Positions 10,600 to 20,139 of a DNA stretch of 64,000 nucleotides are shown in pieces. Every line of letters starts with the position of its first letter. Positions within the stretch are counted from its first letter, which is position 1. Position numbers and translations under genes: made by a program. This DNA is from a virus, in IMG/VR virus record IMGVR_UViG_3300026097_000805, positions 1 to 64,000 of that record, one strand, 5' to 3'. A model generated the notes under the pieces. That model searched no databases, had not been told where the DNA came from, and saw only the letters and a program-made list of their open reading frames with translations.

Positions 10600-11775
10600 T
10601 TGATCCACTTTTTATATCCTACCGATGATTTTAGTTTTGACATTTATAATAAGACAGAAACTACGTTTTCTTCTTCGGATGCTGAAGATTGCTGGTCAAT
10701 GGAATGGTTATTGACCCAAATAGGAATTCCGTATAAAAATATAACACAAGAAACTTTAGAAACATGTTATGTAAAATTTAATTTAAACTTTCCTACAGAA
10801 TATACTGATTTAGATAATATTCCAGATACTACATGGAAAAAAATAAAAAACCAACACAATGTATATTTGTTATTGTATCAGGCAACAGAAGCTACTCCAT
10901 TTTATTTTTGGAATTATAGATGGAGTATATTAAAAGATTTCTTACAATGTAAGAATATACCGCCACAAAAAGTTAAGTTTATTTGCGGAGATGTAGATGC
11001 TACTGCTAATCATAAAATAAATGTAGATGATTATTGGTCATTTGTAGATGTTATAGGAATAGATATTTTCGAGTTAGTACATAACTATAGACATTATCTT
11101 GATAGTAACCCTACAGATATTAGAAAAACTTTAAAGGGTTATTTGAAACAAAAAACTAAAAAGAACTTTTTATGCTTTAACAGACGTCCGCGACCTAATA
11201 AGCAGTCTTTAATTTTTTATCTTAAAAAATATAATCATTTTGATAAAGGTTTAGTCAGTAATCTTTGGGAGGAAGAAGACAAACTAATATCTAAAGAAGA
11301 GTTTGAAATTTATAATTTTGATAACTCTGATTATAATGAGTTAACGCCTCTAGTGCCTGTTCGAAATGAAATACAAGAAGGAAACTTTGTTGCAAATCAG
11401 TCATCACCGGCTGATCTATATAAAAAATCAAATTTTAGTCTAGTTAGTGAAACATTTACAGGTTCTACTGTTAGATTCATAACGGAAAAAACTTATAAGC
11501 CTATAATGATGGGACATCCTTTTCTAATACATGGTACTACAGGAACTTTAAGTTATTTACAGAGCCTAGGTTACGAAACTTTTCAAAACATTTTTGATGA
11601 AACTTATGATTTAGAAAAAGATCCTAAAAAACAACTAGAAAAAATTATTAAAAATTTAGATTGTAATTTTAAGTTAAGTGCCCTTACTATAGAAAAGATC
11701 AAACACAATCAAAATAATTTTCTTAAATTAAATACTAGAAACCGTATAAAAAATCAGCTAGAAGAATTTTTATAA
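10600..11775 (+). CDS. conserved phage protein, glycosyltransferase/exostosin-like C-terminus
   Basis: FLCFNRRPR...SLVSET...FITEKTYKPI..GHPF..GYETF...FDETYD pattern; TTG start. Confidence 0.45.
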   Translation: MIHFLYPTDDFSFDIYNKTETTFSSSDAEDCWSMEWLLTQIGIPYKNITQETLETCYVKFNLNFPTEYTDLDNIPDTTWKKIKNQHNVYLLLYQATEATPFYFWNYRWSILKDFLQCKNIPPQKVKFICGDVDATANHKINVDDYWSFVDVIGIDIFELVHNYRHYLDSNPTDIRKTLKGYLKQKTKKNFLCFNRRPRPNKQSLIFYLKKYNHFDKGLVSNLWEEEDKLISKEEFEIYNFDNSDYNELTPLVPVRNEIQEGNFVANQSSPADLYKKSNFSLVSETFTGSTVRFITEKTYKPIMMGHPFLIHGTTGTLSYLQSLGYETFQNIFDETYDLEKDPKKQLEKIIKNLDCNFKLSALTIEKIKHNQNNFLKLNTRNRIKNQLEEFL

Positions 11776-11893
11776 AACAAATTGTTAATTAGTCTGATAC
11801 TAAATGTATCTAATCTACAAAATTTTGTCTATACGGAGTATCAACTAACTCAATAGGAATAGTCAAAATGTTTGTGTCTATGTATGCGTACAT

Positions 11894-11901
11894 TATAAAT
11901 A
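11894..11901 (+). promoter_or_regulatory. T4-type late promoter box TATAAATA
   Basis: exact TATAAATA in the intergenic gap upstream of 11938. Confidence 0.55.
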
Positions 11902-11937
11902 CCTTGTAGTTATTTATAGGAATTAAACATTTAAATT

Positions 11938-12405
11938 ATGAAATTAGATTATCAAAAACTTGGTATTGTTGTCATGGATGTAGGCCTACCTCAAAATTCT
12001 TATAGATATAACGAAGAAAAATCCACAAATGATGCGTTTGTGTCTTATTTAAATCAACGATTACACGATCTTAAAAAACAAGGTGCTAAAATTATAGAAA
12101 TCAACTATATTTCTCTAGATAGTACACATCCATTGATAGACACAGAGTTTGATCTAAGGACTCTTAATTTGAAGGAACTTGAGGAGTACATAAAAAGAAG
12201 CGGAATTAAACATTTGATTTATACAGGGTTCCATTATCCTATCTGTACAAATGGTGAAAGAGAATTAAGTAGTTATAATTTAGAATCAAACAAAAATCTA
12301 GAGCAAGTTTCTATTGCTGTTCAGTTAACAAGATCTATAAGTAGAGACTACACTGTTCCTTTAGTAGATACGTATAAGTACGGAGTATGGCAGGTGATGT
12401 TATGA
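11938..12405 (+). CDS. hypothetical protein, weak isochorismatase/cysteine-hydrolase-like
   Basis: IVVMDV near the N-terminus; GIKHLIYTGFHYPIC. Confidence 0.4.
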   Translation: MKLDYQKLGIVVMDVGLPQNSYRYNEEKSTNDAFVSYLNQRLHDLKKQGAKIIEINYISLDSTHPLIDTEFDLRTLNLKELEEYIKRSGIKHLIYTGFHYPICTNGERELSSYNLESNKNLEQVSIAVQLTRSISRDYTVPLVDTYKYGVWQVML

Positions 12406-13628
12406 AGATATGTTTTATAGGATTAGGTAAATTAGGATTACCGTGTGCAGAAGTTATAGCAAGCAAAGGGCACGATGTAACTGGTTATGATATTAAAAAA
12501 TGTAAAACTACTAGGGTCTATCAGTTTCCTACTATAGAAGGAGCAGTTAAAAACAGAGATATTGTATTTGTTGCAGTACCAACTCCGCACGATCCTGATT
12601 ATGACGGTAGTTCGCCTACAGCACACTTAGAACCTAAAGACTTTGACTATACTATTGTAAAAGATGTATTAGTAGAAGCAAACAAGTATATGAACAAAGA
12701 TCAACTGCTAGTTCTTATATCAACAGTGCTTCCTGGTACTGTTCGCAGAGAATTTGTAGATCTAGTACCTAATGCTAGATTTGTTTACAATCCTTATCTT
12801 ATTGCTATGGGCAGTGTTGCTTGGGATATGGTTAATCCTGAAATGGTAATGATCGGAACAGAAGACGGCTCAGAAACAGGCGATGCTAAAAAACTTGTAG
12901 AATTTTATAAAACCATCATGGAAAACGATCCTCGCTATGTTATAGGAACATGGGATGAATGCGAATGCATTAAAGTATTTTACAACACCTTTATTAGTGC
13001 TAAAATAAGTCTTGTTAATATGATTCAAGACGTAGCAGTACAACAGGGTAATATTAATGTAGATGTCGTTACAGACGCTTTAGCGCAGTCTACGATGCGT
13101 ATTATGAGCTCACAGTATATGAAGGCTGGAATGGGCGACGGAGGAGCCTGTCATCCAAGAGACAACATTGCACTTAGATACATGGCACAAGAACTAAATC
13201 TAGGTTATGATCTGTTTGACAGCATAATGAACGCAAGAGAAATCCAAGCAGAAAATCTTGCTATGTTTTTAGTAGACATCGCTAACGAAAAAAATCTTCC
13301 TATTTATATACACGGTAAAGCATATAAGCCGGACGTTCCTTATACGGACGGTAGTTACAGTTTACTAGTAGGGCATTATTGCGAACATCACGGATTTGCA
13401 CCAGAATATATTGATCCTCTTACAGGAGATACTTTATATCCAACCGAACCGTGTGTAATGTTAATGGCACATAGTTCTAGCACTACTTATGAATACACAG
13501 GTAAAGAAACCAAAGACGAGTTATATTATTCTATACCTGCCGGAAGTGTAATAGTTGACCCGTGGCGAAAAATAACTAGCTCAGTTAGCACTGTAATTCA
13601 TTACGGCAATACTAGACAAATAAAATAA
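12402..13628 (+). CDS. ugd: UDP-glucose/GDP-mannose 6-dehydrogenase family
   Basis: KICFIGLGKLG Rossmann; VAVPTP; STVLPG; K-x3-N (KVFYNTF); GDGGACHPRD catalytic Cys motif; ATG 12402 overlaps the previous stop. Confidence 0.88.
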   Translation: MKICFIGLGKLGLPCAEVIASKGHDVTGYDIKKCKTTRVYQFPTIEGAVKNRDIVFVAVPTPHDPDYDGSSPTAHLEPKDFDYTIVKDVLVEANKYMNKDQLLVLISTVLPGTVRREFVDLVPNARFVYNPYLIAMGSVAWDMVNPEMVMIGTEDGSETGDAKKLVEFYKTIMENDPRYVIGTWDECECIKVFYNTFISAKISLVNMIQDVAVQQGNINVDVVTDALAQSTMRIMSSQYMKAGMGDGGACHPRDNIALRYMAQELNLGYDLFDSIMNAREIQAENLAMFLVDIANEKNLPIYIHGKAYKPDVPYTDGSYSLLVGHYCEHHGFAPEYIDPLTGDTLYPTEPCVMLMAHSSSTTYEYTGKETKDELYYSIPAGSVIVDPWRKITSSVSTVIHYGNTRQIK

Positions 13629-13641
13629 AAGGTGCTATTAT
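13613..13641 (+). promoter_or_regulatory. sigma70-type promoter TAGACA-N17-TATTAT with extended -10 TG
   Basis: read directly; -10 ends 6 nt before ATG 13648. Confidence 0.5.
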
Positions 13642-13647
13642 ATAAAA

Positions 13648-15273
13648 ATGTATGATATTGTTTTTATTGGTCCTAAGAACGACGAATGGATAAAACTTAA
13701 AAGTCGATTTATCACAGCAAAACATGCTGAATCGTTTGAACAGGCACGATCCATTGTTTTTACAAAAATGTTTTGGGTTATATGGCCCGACGTTGATGTT
13801 TGTGATAACTTTAAGTTTGATTATCGTGCAGATGAATGGAGTCAAGATTACATTCACACATTTTTAAACGGCGACACTCATGATGGCATAATACTTGTAC
13901 CTAAACGTGCTGAAATAGCAGAACGTGAATTACGTCATAGATTCTTTATAAACAAAAAAGAAGTAGACATAGTAGCAAGTACACCTAAGCCGTTTGACTT
14001 GTACTACGTAGACACCTGGGAAGACTACGAATATGCACTTGAGAACAGCTCAACAGAAATGTTTTGGGCAGTTTCGCATAATCTAAAATACAGCATGTCA
14101 TACATAAACAATTTTTATTTTAGTCACCACAATAGCTACGACAGAAAGGAAAATCATGCATTTGTACATGAAGTTAATGGAAAGAAATTATATAATGGAG
14201 TATTCCTGTGTTCGAGAAACAAGCCGCTAAACAAAAAAGAGATAGAATATAGATTTCTTGTAAATGCAAAACAGTGGAACGACGTAGTTAGCGGCCCAAG
14301 ACAGTATGACATATTTACAATAGATACATATGAAGATTATGAGTATGCATTAAAAAATAGTTCGACAGAAATGTTCTGGTTAGTACCTTCTCATGTACAA
14401 ACAAAAGATAATTTTAAGTTTGACTTGTATTTCAGCCACGATAACAAATACGATAGAAATATTAATCACGTATTCCTAAATGGCAAATATCATGACGGAA
14501 TTATCTTGTGCAGTAAAACAGCAGAAATATCTAAAAAAGAGTTTGATTACAAATTTTTAACTAATAAGAAAGAAGTAGATACAATTGCTAGTACGCCTAA
14601 ACCTTACGACATTGTATTCATTAGCTATAACGAGCCAAACGCAGATGCTAACTATGCTGCTTTACAACAGCATTTTCCAAGAGCAAAGCGTATACACGGA
14701 GTAAAAGGAATACACCAAGCACATATCGCCGCTGCCGAGCTCTGTGATACCGATATGTTTTGGATTGTAGATGGAGATGCGCAAATAGCAGATGGTTTTA
14801 ATTTTGATTTTCAATCTCCAACGTGGCAGAGAGATAATGTGTATGTGTGGAGAAGTATAAATCCAATCAACGACTTGGTGTATGGCTATGGTGGAATAAA
14901 ACTGTTTCCAAGAAAAGAAACTCTCAACATGGATACTTCAAAACCTGATATGACCACAAGTATCAGTTCAAAGTTTAATGCCATGCCACAAATATCAAAT
15001 ATAACAGCATTCAACACTGATCCATTTAACACTTGGAAAAGCGCATTTAGGGAATGTGCTAAATTAAGTAGTAAAGTAATTGACAGACAAAAGGAAGATG
15101 AAACAAATGCAAGACTCGAAACTTGGACAACCGTGGGACACGATAGAAACTTTGGTGAGTATGCGATACGAGGTGCTAGGGCTGGTATGGAGTTTGGCCT
15201 TTCTCAGCGGGATAATCTGGGGCTAATTAACGACTTTGATTGGCTAGAGGAGAAGTTTAATGAACAATATTGA
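13648..15273 (+). CDS. multi-repeat protein with C-terminal GT-A-like glycosyltransferase domain
   Basis: repeated EDYEYALxNSSTEMFW modules; C-terminal YDIVFISYNEPNA...FWIVDGD...WKSAFRECAKL homologous to 2539..3459. Confidence 0.65.
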   Translation: MYDIVFIGPKNDEWIKLKSRFITAKHAESFEQARSIVFTKMFWVIWPDVDVCDNFKFDYRADEWSQDYIHTFLNGDTHDGIILVPKRAEIAERELRHRFFINKKEVDIVASTPKPFDLYYVDTWEDYEYALENSSTEMFWAVSHNLKYSMSYINNFYFSHHNSYDRKENHAFVHEVNGKKLYNGVFLCSRNKPLNKKEIEYRFLVNAKQWNDVVSGPRQYDIFTIDTYEDYEYALKNSSTEMFWLVPSHVQTKDNFKFDLYFSHDNKYDRNINHVFLNGKYHDGIILCSKTAEISKKEFDYKFLTNKKEVDTIASTPKPYDIVFISYNEPNADANYAALQQHFPRAKRIHGVKGIHQAHIAAAELCDTDMFWIVDGDAQIADGFNFDFQSPTWQRDNVYVWRSINPINDLVYGYGGIKLFPRKETLNMDTSKPDMTTSISSKFNAMPQISNITAFNTDPFNTWKSAFRECAKLSSKVIDRQKEDETNARLETWTTVGHDRNFGEYAIRGARAGMEFGLSQRDNLGLINDFDWLEEKFNEQY

Positions 15274-15961
15274 ATGGCAAGACGATAAAGATATCTACGG
15301 CCGGCTGCTTATTTTAACTGGCAATCCGTTATTCAATAATTTACGCAATGCTGTAGATAACCATAATGCTGATTTATCCGATGCACTATCGTGGGGACAG
15401 CTCAAAAGCAAACGATGGATAATCGACGAATTGGAAAAATTAGATATTTCTTTGGGTACTGTTTATATATGTGCAGGGTGGTACGGTACACTTGCTGCTA
15501 TGCTGTTTAATAGTAAGTGCAATATAGAAAAAATAAGAAGTTTTGACATAGACAATAATTGTTTAGAAATAGCCGATTGTATTAATCGTCTACAAGTAAA
15601 AGACGGATGGAAATTTAAAGCAATTACACAGAATATACACGACATTGATTATAAAAAACATATTTGGCAAACATGGAGCAAAGCCAACAATAGATTGAGC
15701 TATCCTATTGAAGACATACCTGATACGATTATTAACACCAGCTGTGAACACATAGAAAATTTCGCAGAATGGTATGATAAAATTCCAGATGGCAAGTTAG
15801 TAATTCTACAAAGCAATAACTACTATGACATAGAGGATCATGTAAATTGTGTGGCAGGACCTCTAGAGTTTGCAGAACAGTCGCCCATGGCCCGGGTCCT
15901 ATATCAAGGTGCCCTAGAATTACCCAAATATACGAGGTTTATGAGAATTGGAAGAAAATAA
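15260..15961 (+). CDS. class I SAM-dependent methyltransferase
   Basis: YICAGWYG motif I; RSFDID acidic motif II; IINTSCEH. Confidence 0.7.
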   Translation: MNNIEWQDDKDIYGRLLILTGNPLFNNLRNAVDNHNADLSDALSWGQLKSKRWIIDELEKLDISLGTVYICAGWYGTLAAMLFNSKCNIEKIRSFDIDNNCLEIADCINRLQVKDGWKFKAITQNIHDIDYKKHIWQTWSKANNRLSYPIEDIPDTIINTSCEHIENFAEWYDKIPDGKLVILQSNNYYDIEDHVNCVAGPLEFAEQSPMARVLYQGALELPKYTRFMRIGRK

Positions 15962-17177
15962 AAAAGCTCCTATTTGTTTATTTCCGTTTTACGCATTATA
16001 TTATAGGGGAGACGATCAAAAAATAGGAAGTTGTTGTTTGCAAACCCCTTTGCCAAGCAAGATGAAAGGAGATGATATTTACACTTGGTTTACAAGTGAT
16101 GACGCAATCAAGATAAGACAACAATTTATGGACGGTGAATGGCCAGATAGTTGTAAAATTTGTATGAACGCGGAAAATTCTAACGTCAAAAGCTACAGAC
16201 AACGCTGGGAACATAATTTGTTTAAAGCAGGAGCATGCTATGATGATTTGGATGTAGAAAAAGGCAATAGTACAGGTCATGCTTTTTTTACAGATCTTAG
16301 ACCTGACAACTTTTGTAATTTAAGCTGTTCTATGTGTAATCCAGGGGCAAGTAGTAAAATTGAACAAATGGTAAAAGATCTAGATATAAGCGTGTGGGGT
16401 GACCCAGAACGCAAGCAAGAATTTACAGCTATCAATACACTCAAAACAGCTATTACTAAGCACACTAAAAGATTAAAACTTAATGGCGGCGAACCTACTA
16501 TAAATAACAAAATTAAAAGTCTATATCAGTACTCTATTGACAACGACTTTGCAAAAAATATTGAATTGCAGTTTACAACTAATTTTACTAATTATAATAA
16601 AACTTTTCAGATGCTTGATAATTTTAAAAGTGTAATTGTGACAGCTAGTTTAGATGGAACCAGAGACACATACAATTATATTCGAACCCCTGCTAAATGG
16701 AACACTACTAAAAAAAATATAATTAAATTCAAAGAACAAATGGATGCTAGACGTGATATATTTAATTTTGGTGTAAACACTGTATGGTATGTCGCCACAG
16801 CTTTTACGGTAGATGATTGGCTTCCTGAATTGTTGGATTTTTTCAATAAACATTTTCCTCATAAAGCAGGATCGAAAAATCAGTATATTCATGTAAACCA
16901 AGCACAGAATCCTATATGGCAAAATCTTTCTATTATTCCTCCCGAATACAGAGACGATATTTATGAAAACATAGAACGATATCGATCGCAAGATAGATAC
17001 GCACATCAACGAGAAAGATGTATGGATCAATTAATTTTTGGACTAGATAATTTCCAGTTCAATCCAGAAAATTTGCGCACTTGGCAAGAATTAAATCCTA
17101 AAATGGACGCTTATAAAAAAGTTGATATTACTACACTTCACCCTAGATTTAAAGACCTAATGAATTATAATGTATAA
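15948..17177 (+). CDS. radical SAM protein (class A), copy 1 of a tandem pair
   Basis: CNLSCSMC; NGGEP; TTG start; collinear with 17297..18499. Confidence 0.9.
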   Translation: MEENKKAPICLFPFYALYYRGDDQKIGSCCLQTPLPSKMKGDDIYTWFTSDDAIKIRQQFMDGEWPDSCKICMNAENSNVKSYRQRWEHNLFKAGACYDDLDVEKGNSTGHAFFTDLRPDNFCNLSCSMCNPGASSKIEQMVKDLDISVWGDPERKQEFTAINTLKTAITKHTKRLKLNGGEPTINNKIKSLYQYSIDNDFAKNIELQFTTNFTNYNKTFQMLDNFKSVIVTASLDGTRDTYNYIRTPAKWNTTKKNIIKFKEQMDARRDIFNFGVNTVWYVATAFTVDDWLPELLDFFNKHFPHKAGSKNQYIHVNQAQNPIWQNLSIIPPEYRDDIYENIERYRSQDRYAHQRERCMDQLIFGLDNFQFNPENLRTWQELNPKMDAYKKVDITTLHPRFKDLMNYNV

Positions 17178-17310
17178 ACTAGAAGAAGTTTTCGGCAAGA
17201 TGGGTGCTGTTATTTTCAGCGTTGACGGCCTACGGGACACTAATCATATATATCAAAGAGAGTTAAAATTATCCAAATACACGAGGTTTATGAGAATTGG
17301 AAGAAAATAA
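17170..17310 (+). pseudogene. 46-codon chimeric junction ORF (rearrangement scar)
   Basis: MYKLE (start of 18492 gene) + EVFGKMGAVIFSVDGLRDTNHIY (internal 18492 gene) + ...KYTRFMRIGRK (end of the 15260 methyltransferase); near-identical at DNA level to ~18828-18898 and ~15920-15961. Confidence 0.85.
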
Positions 17311-18499
17311 AAACAAATCGATAGTATGTCTGTTACCTTTCTATGCCATTTATTTTAGTGGTCGTCATGGAAAAATGGGCTCGTGTTGTCTACAAAAACC
17401 TCTTACATCTAGTTTAAAAAAAGACAGTATTGCTAGTTTTTGGAAAAGTGAAGAACAACAAAAGATACGAAAAATGTTTATAAAAGGAGAATGGCCTGAC
17501 AGTTGTTCTATATGTAAAAAACAAGAACAAAGCGGCGTACTTAGTTATAGACAACAGTGGAACGATAATTTTATGACTCGTATTGGAGCTACTGAAGAGG
17601 ATATCGATATAGAATACGGTAACCCGTATAAAGAACCTATATATTTAGATTATAGACCTGATAATATGTGTAATTTATCTTGTACTATGTGTAATCCTGA
17701 TAATGCTAATAAAATAGAAAAAATGGCCAAAGATTTAGATTTAAATCTATGGGATCTATCTGGCGAAGATGCTGATTATAATGCTGAAGAATTTATTAAA
17801 ACTATTTCAAAGAATACTCGACGCATAAAACTAAATGGTGGCGAACCTACAATAAGTAAAAAAATACATAAAATTTTTGATTATTTAATACATAAAGGTT
17901 ATTCAAAAAATATCGAATTACAATTTACTACAAATTTTACAAACTATAACAAAACATTCGAGTTATTAAAGGAATTTAAGACTGTAAGAGTATCTGCTAG
18001 TTTAGACGGTACAAGTGATACTTATGAATATATCAGAAGTCCTGCTAAATGGAAAAAAATTACAGAAAATATTTTAAAATTTGTACAAGACAGAAAACAT
18101 TTTGATAATCGATTTGCTGTTAATTCAGTATGGTTTAGTGCCACTGCGTTTACTATAAAAGACTGGGTACCAGAACTGCTAGATTTTATTGATGAGAATT
18201 TTGAAGAAAAAATCCTCATTCATATGAACCAGTGCCAAAAACCTGCTTGGCAGAATCTTAGTATTATTCCTAATGAATTTAGAAGTGAGATATATAAAGA
18301 TATTGAAGATCTAAAACTTAAATATCCTAAATATTTAAAAATGTTTCAAGCTATGAAATTTGGATTGGATAACTATGCGTTCAATAAGGATAATTTAAAA
18401 ATATGGCAGGACATAACTCCTAAAACAGATGCTTATAGAAAAACAGATATTACAAAGCTCCATCCGAGATTTAAAGACCTAATGGATTATAATGTATAA
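17297..18499 (+). CDS. radical SAM protein (class A), copy 2 of a tandem pair
   Basis: CNLSCTMC; NGGEP; same MEENK start and HPRFKDLM.YNV end as 15948..17177. Confidence 0.9.
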   Translation: MEENKNKSIVCLLPFYAIYFSGRHGKMGSCCLQKPLTSSLKKDSIASFWKSEEQQKIRKMFIKGEWPDSCSICKKQEQSGVLSYRQQWNDNFMTRIGATEEDIDIEYGNPYKEPIYLDYRPDNMCNLSCTMCNPDNANKIEKMAKDLDLNLWDLSGEDADYNAEEFIKTISKNTRRIKLNGGEPTISKKIHKIFDYLIHKGYSKNIELQFTTNFTNYNKTFELLKEFKTVRVSASLDGTSDTYEYIRSPAKWKKITENILKFVQDRKHFDNRFAVNSVWFSATAFTIKDWVPELLDFIDENFEEKILIHMNQCQKPAWQNLSIIPNEFRSEIYKDIEDLKLKYPKYLKMFQAMKFGLDNYAFNKDNLKIWQDITPKTDAYRKTDITKLHPRFKDLMDYNV

Positions 18500-19565
18500 A
18501 CTAGAAGATATAAAAACAATTCATTTAGAAATTACGCAAAATTGTCAGGCTAGCTGTCCTATGTGCGATAGGAACATGAATGGCGAAGGTGTCAATCCTC
18601 ATATCAACCTCGATGAACTTTCGCTAGACGATTGTAAACTGATATTTCCTCCGGAGTTTATCGCACAGTTGAAAACAATGTATATGTGTGGAAACCTAGG
18701 TGATCCTATTGTAGCACGAGATACATTAGAAATATTTCGATACTTTAGAGAACACAATCCAAGCATGTGGTTGAGCATGAACACAAACGCAGGAGCAAGA
18801 GATGAAGAATGGTGGAGAGAACTTGCAGAAGTTTTCGGCAAGATGGGTGCTGTTATTTTCAGCGTTGATGGCCTACGGGATACTAATCATATATATCGTC
18901 AAGGTGTGAACTGGGACAGAGTTGAAACATCTATGCGAGCATTTACCAGCGCCGGGGGTAGAGCTCGTTGGGATTTCCTAGTATTTGAACATAATCAGCA
19001 TCAAATAGAACAAGCAGAACGACTAGCCGATGAATGGGGCTTTGAAAAGTTTATTGCTAAAAAGACAGGAAGATTTGTCACGGCAAAAACAGATGCTAAA
19101 GAAAAACACCAAGCAAAAGATAGAAAGGGTAAGGAGACTACAGAACTTAAAAAACCCGATCTTAAATATCAAAACCGCGCTCTTACTAAACAAGATAAAC
19201 TTATTGAGAAGTATGGGTCTATGGATGCTTACTACGATGCTGCTCCTATCCGATGTAAAGTAAAAGAGGAAGGCAGTCTTTTTATAACAGCCGAAGGACT
19301 AGCATTACCTTGCTGTTGGACAGCTGGTCGTATGTATAAGTGGTGGCACAAGGATCCTCGTGTAGAACAAATATGGGACCATATAGGCGATAAATCTAGT
19401 ATTGATGCTAGGCAAGGATTAGATCAAGTATTTGCTACAGGTATTTTTGACAGTATAGAATCTAGTTGGAACATGTCAAATTGTAGTGAAGGAAAATTAA
19501 AAGTTTGTGCTACTAAATGCGGAACAGAATGGGACCCATTTAGCGAACAATTTACAAAGGAATAA
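18492..19565 (+). CDS. radical SAM protein (class B)
   Basis: HLEITQNCQASCPMC; CGNLGDP; FSVDGLRDTNH; LPCCW...CATKCG. Confidence 0.9.
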   Translation: MYKLEDIKTIHLEITQNCQASCPMCDRNMNGEGVNPHINLDELSLDDCKLIFPPEFIAQLKTMYMCGNLGDPIVARDTLEIFRYFREHNPSMWLSMNTNAGARDEEWWRELAEVFGKMGAVIFSVDGLRDTNHIYRQGVNWDRVETSMRAFTSAGGRARWDFLVFEHNQHQIEQAERLADEWGFEKFIAKKTGRFVTAKTDAKEKHQAKDRKGKETTELKKPDLKYQNRALTKQDKLIEKYGSMDAYYDAAPIRCKVKEEGSLFITAEGLALPCCWTAGRMYKWWHKDPRVEQIWDHIGDKSSIDARQGLDQVFATGIFDSIESSWNMSNCSEGKLKVCATKCGTEWDPFSEQFTKE

Positions 19566-19566
19566 C

Positions 19567-20139
19567 ATGGCTGAAACTTTTTATAAAATAAAAAACTTTC
19601 CAAAGGATATAAAACAAGAATTATGCGAAGCCTGGTCGGAAAATAAATGGCAAGAAATAAAAGAAGTGCTCACTAACAGGATGTGGCATTATTGTTTAAA
19701 TTATGATCATAAACTTTCTACATATTTTGAGGCAGAATGTTATATAGAATATTATGTTGTCAGTAGTGGATGTTCGAATAGGCCTCATTTAGATCGAGGT
19801 AGATTGTGTGCTATTAATGTTCCAATTGAAGTAGACTATGAAAATAGTTTTTTCTTTTGCGGAAAATATATGAGACTAGGATTATACAAAGAAGATGTAT
19901 TACAAACAACATCATATGGTCACAAAGCAAAATATAAAGGACGAAACGGATTTTATGTCTATCAAGATAAAATGTTTGAAACATATAATCTAGAAGATCC
20001 TGTTATATTTTCCACTAAAATACCGCACGGAGGAAACAACATTGCTGGCAAGACTCCTAGGGTAATAGCAAGTGTCGGATTTCCTAATGACACATACGAG
20101 CAAGTATTGAATAACTTACCTAACGAGTGGTTTGAATGA
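19567..20139 (+). CDS. 2OG-Fe(II) oxygenase-like (double-stranded beta-helix) protein
   Basis: HxD in RPHLDRG; distal His in IPHGG; RVIASV; ATG 19567 follows an AAGGA RBS. Confidence 0.55.
   Translation: MAETFYKIKNFPKDIKQELCEAWSENKWQEIKEVLTNRMWHYCLNYDHKLSTYFEAECYIEYYVVSSGCSNRPHLDRGRLCAINVPIEVDYENSFFFCGKYMRLGLYKEDVLQTTSYGHKAKYKGRNGFYVYQDKMFETYNLEDPVIFSTKIPHGGNNIAGKTPRVIASVGFPNDTYEQVLNNLPNEWFE

Noticed and set aside
11776-11937. Largest intergenic gap in the island as a possible ncRNA
   Set aside because: AT-rich with no convincing stable stems; explained by a promoter region (TATAAATA at 11894).
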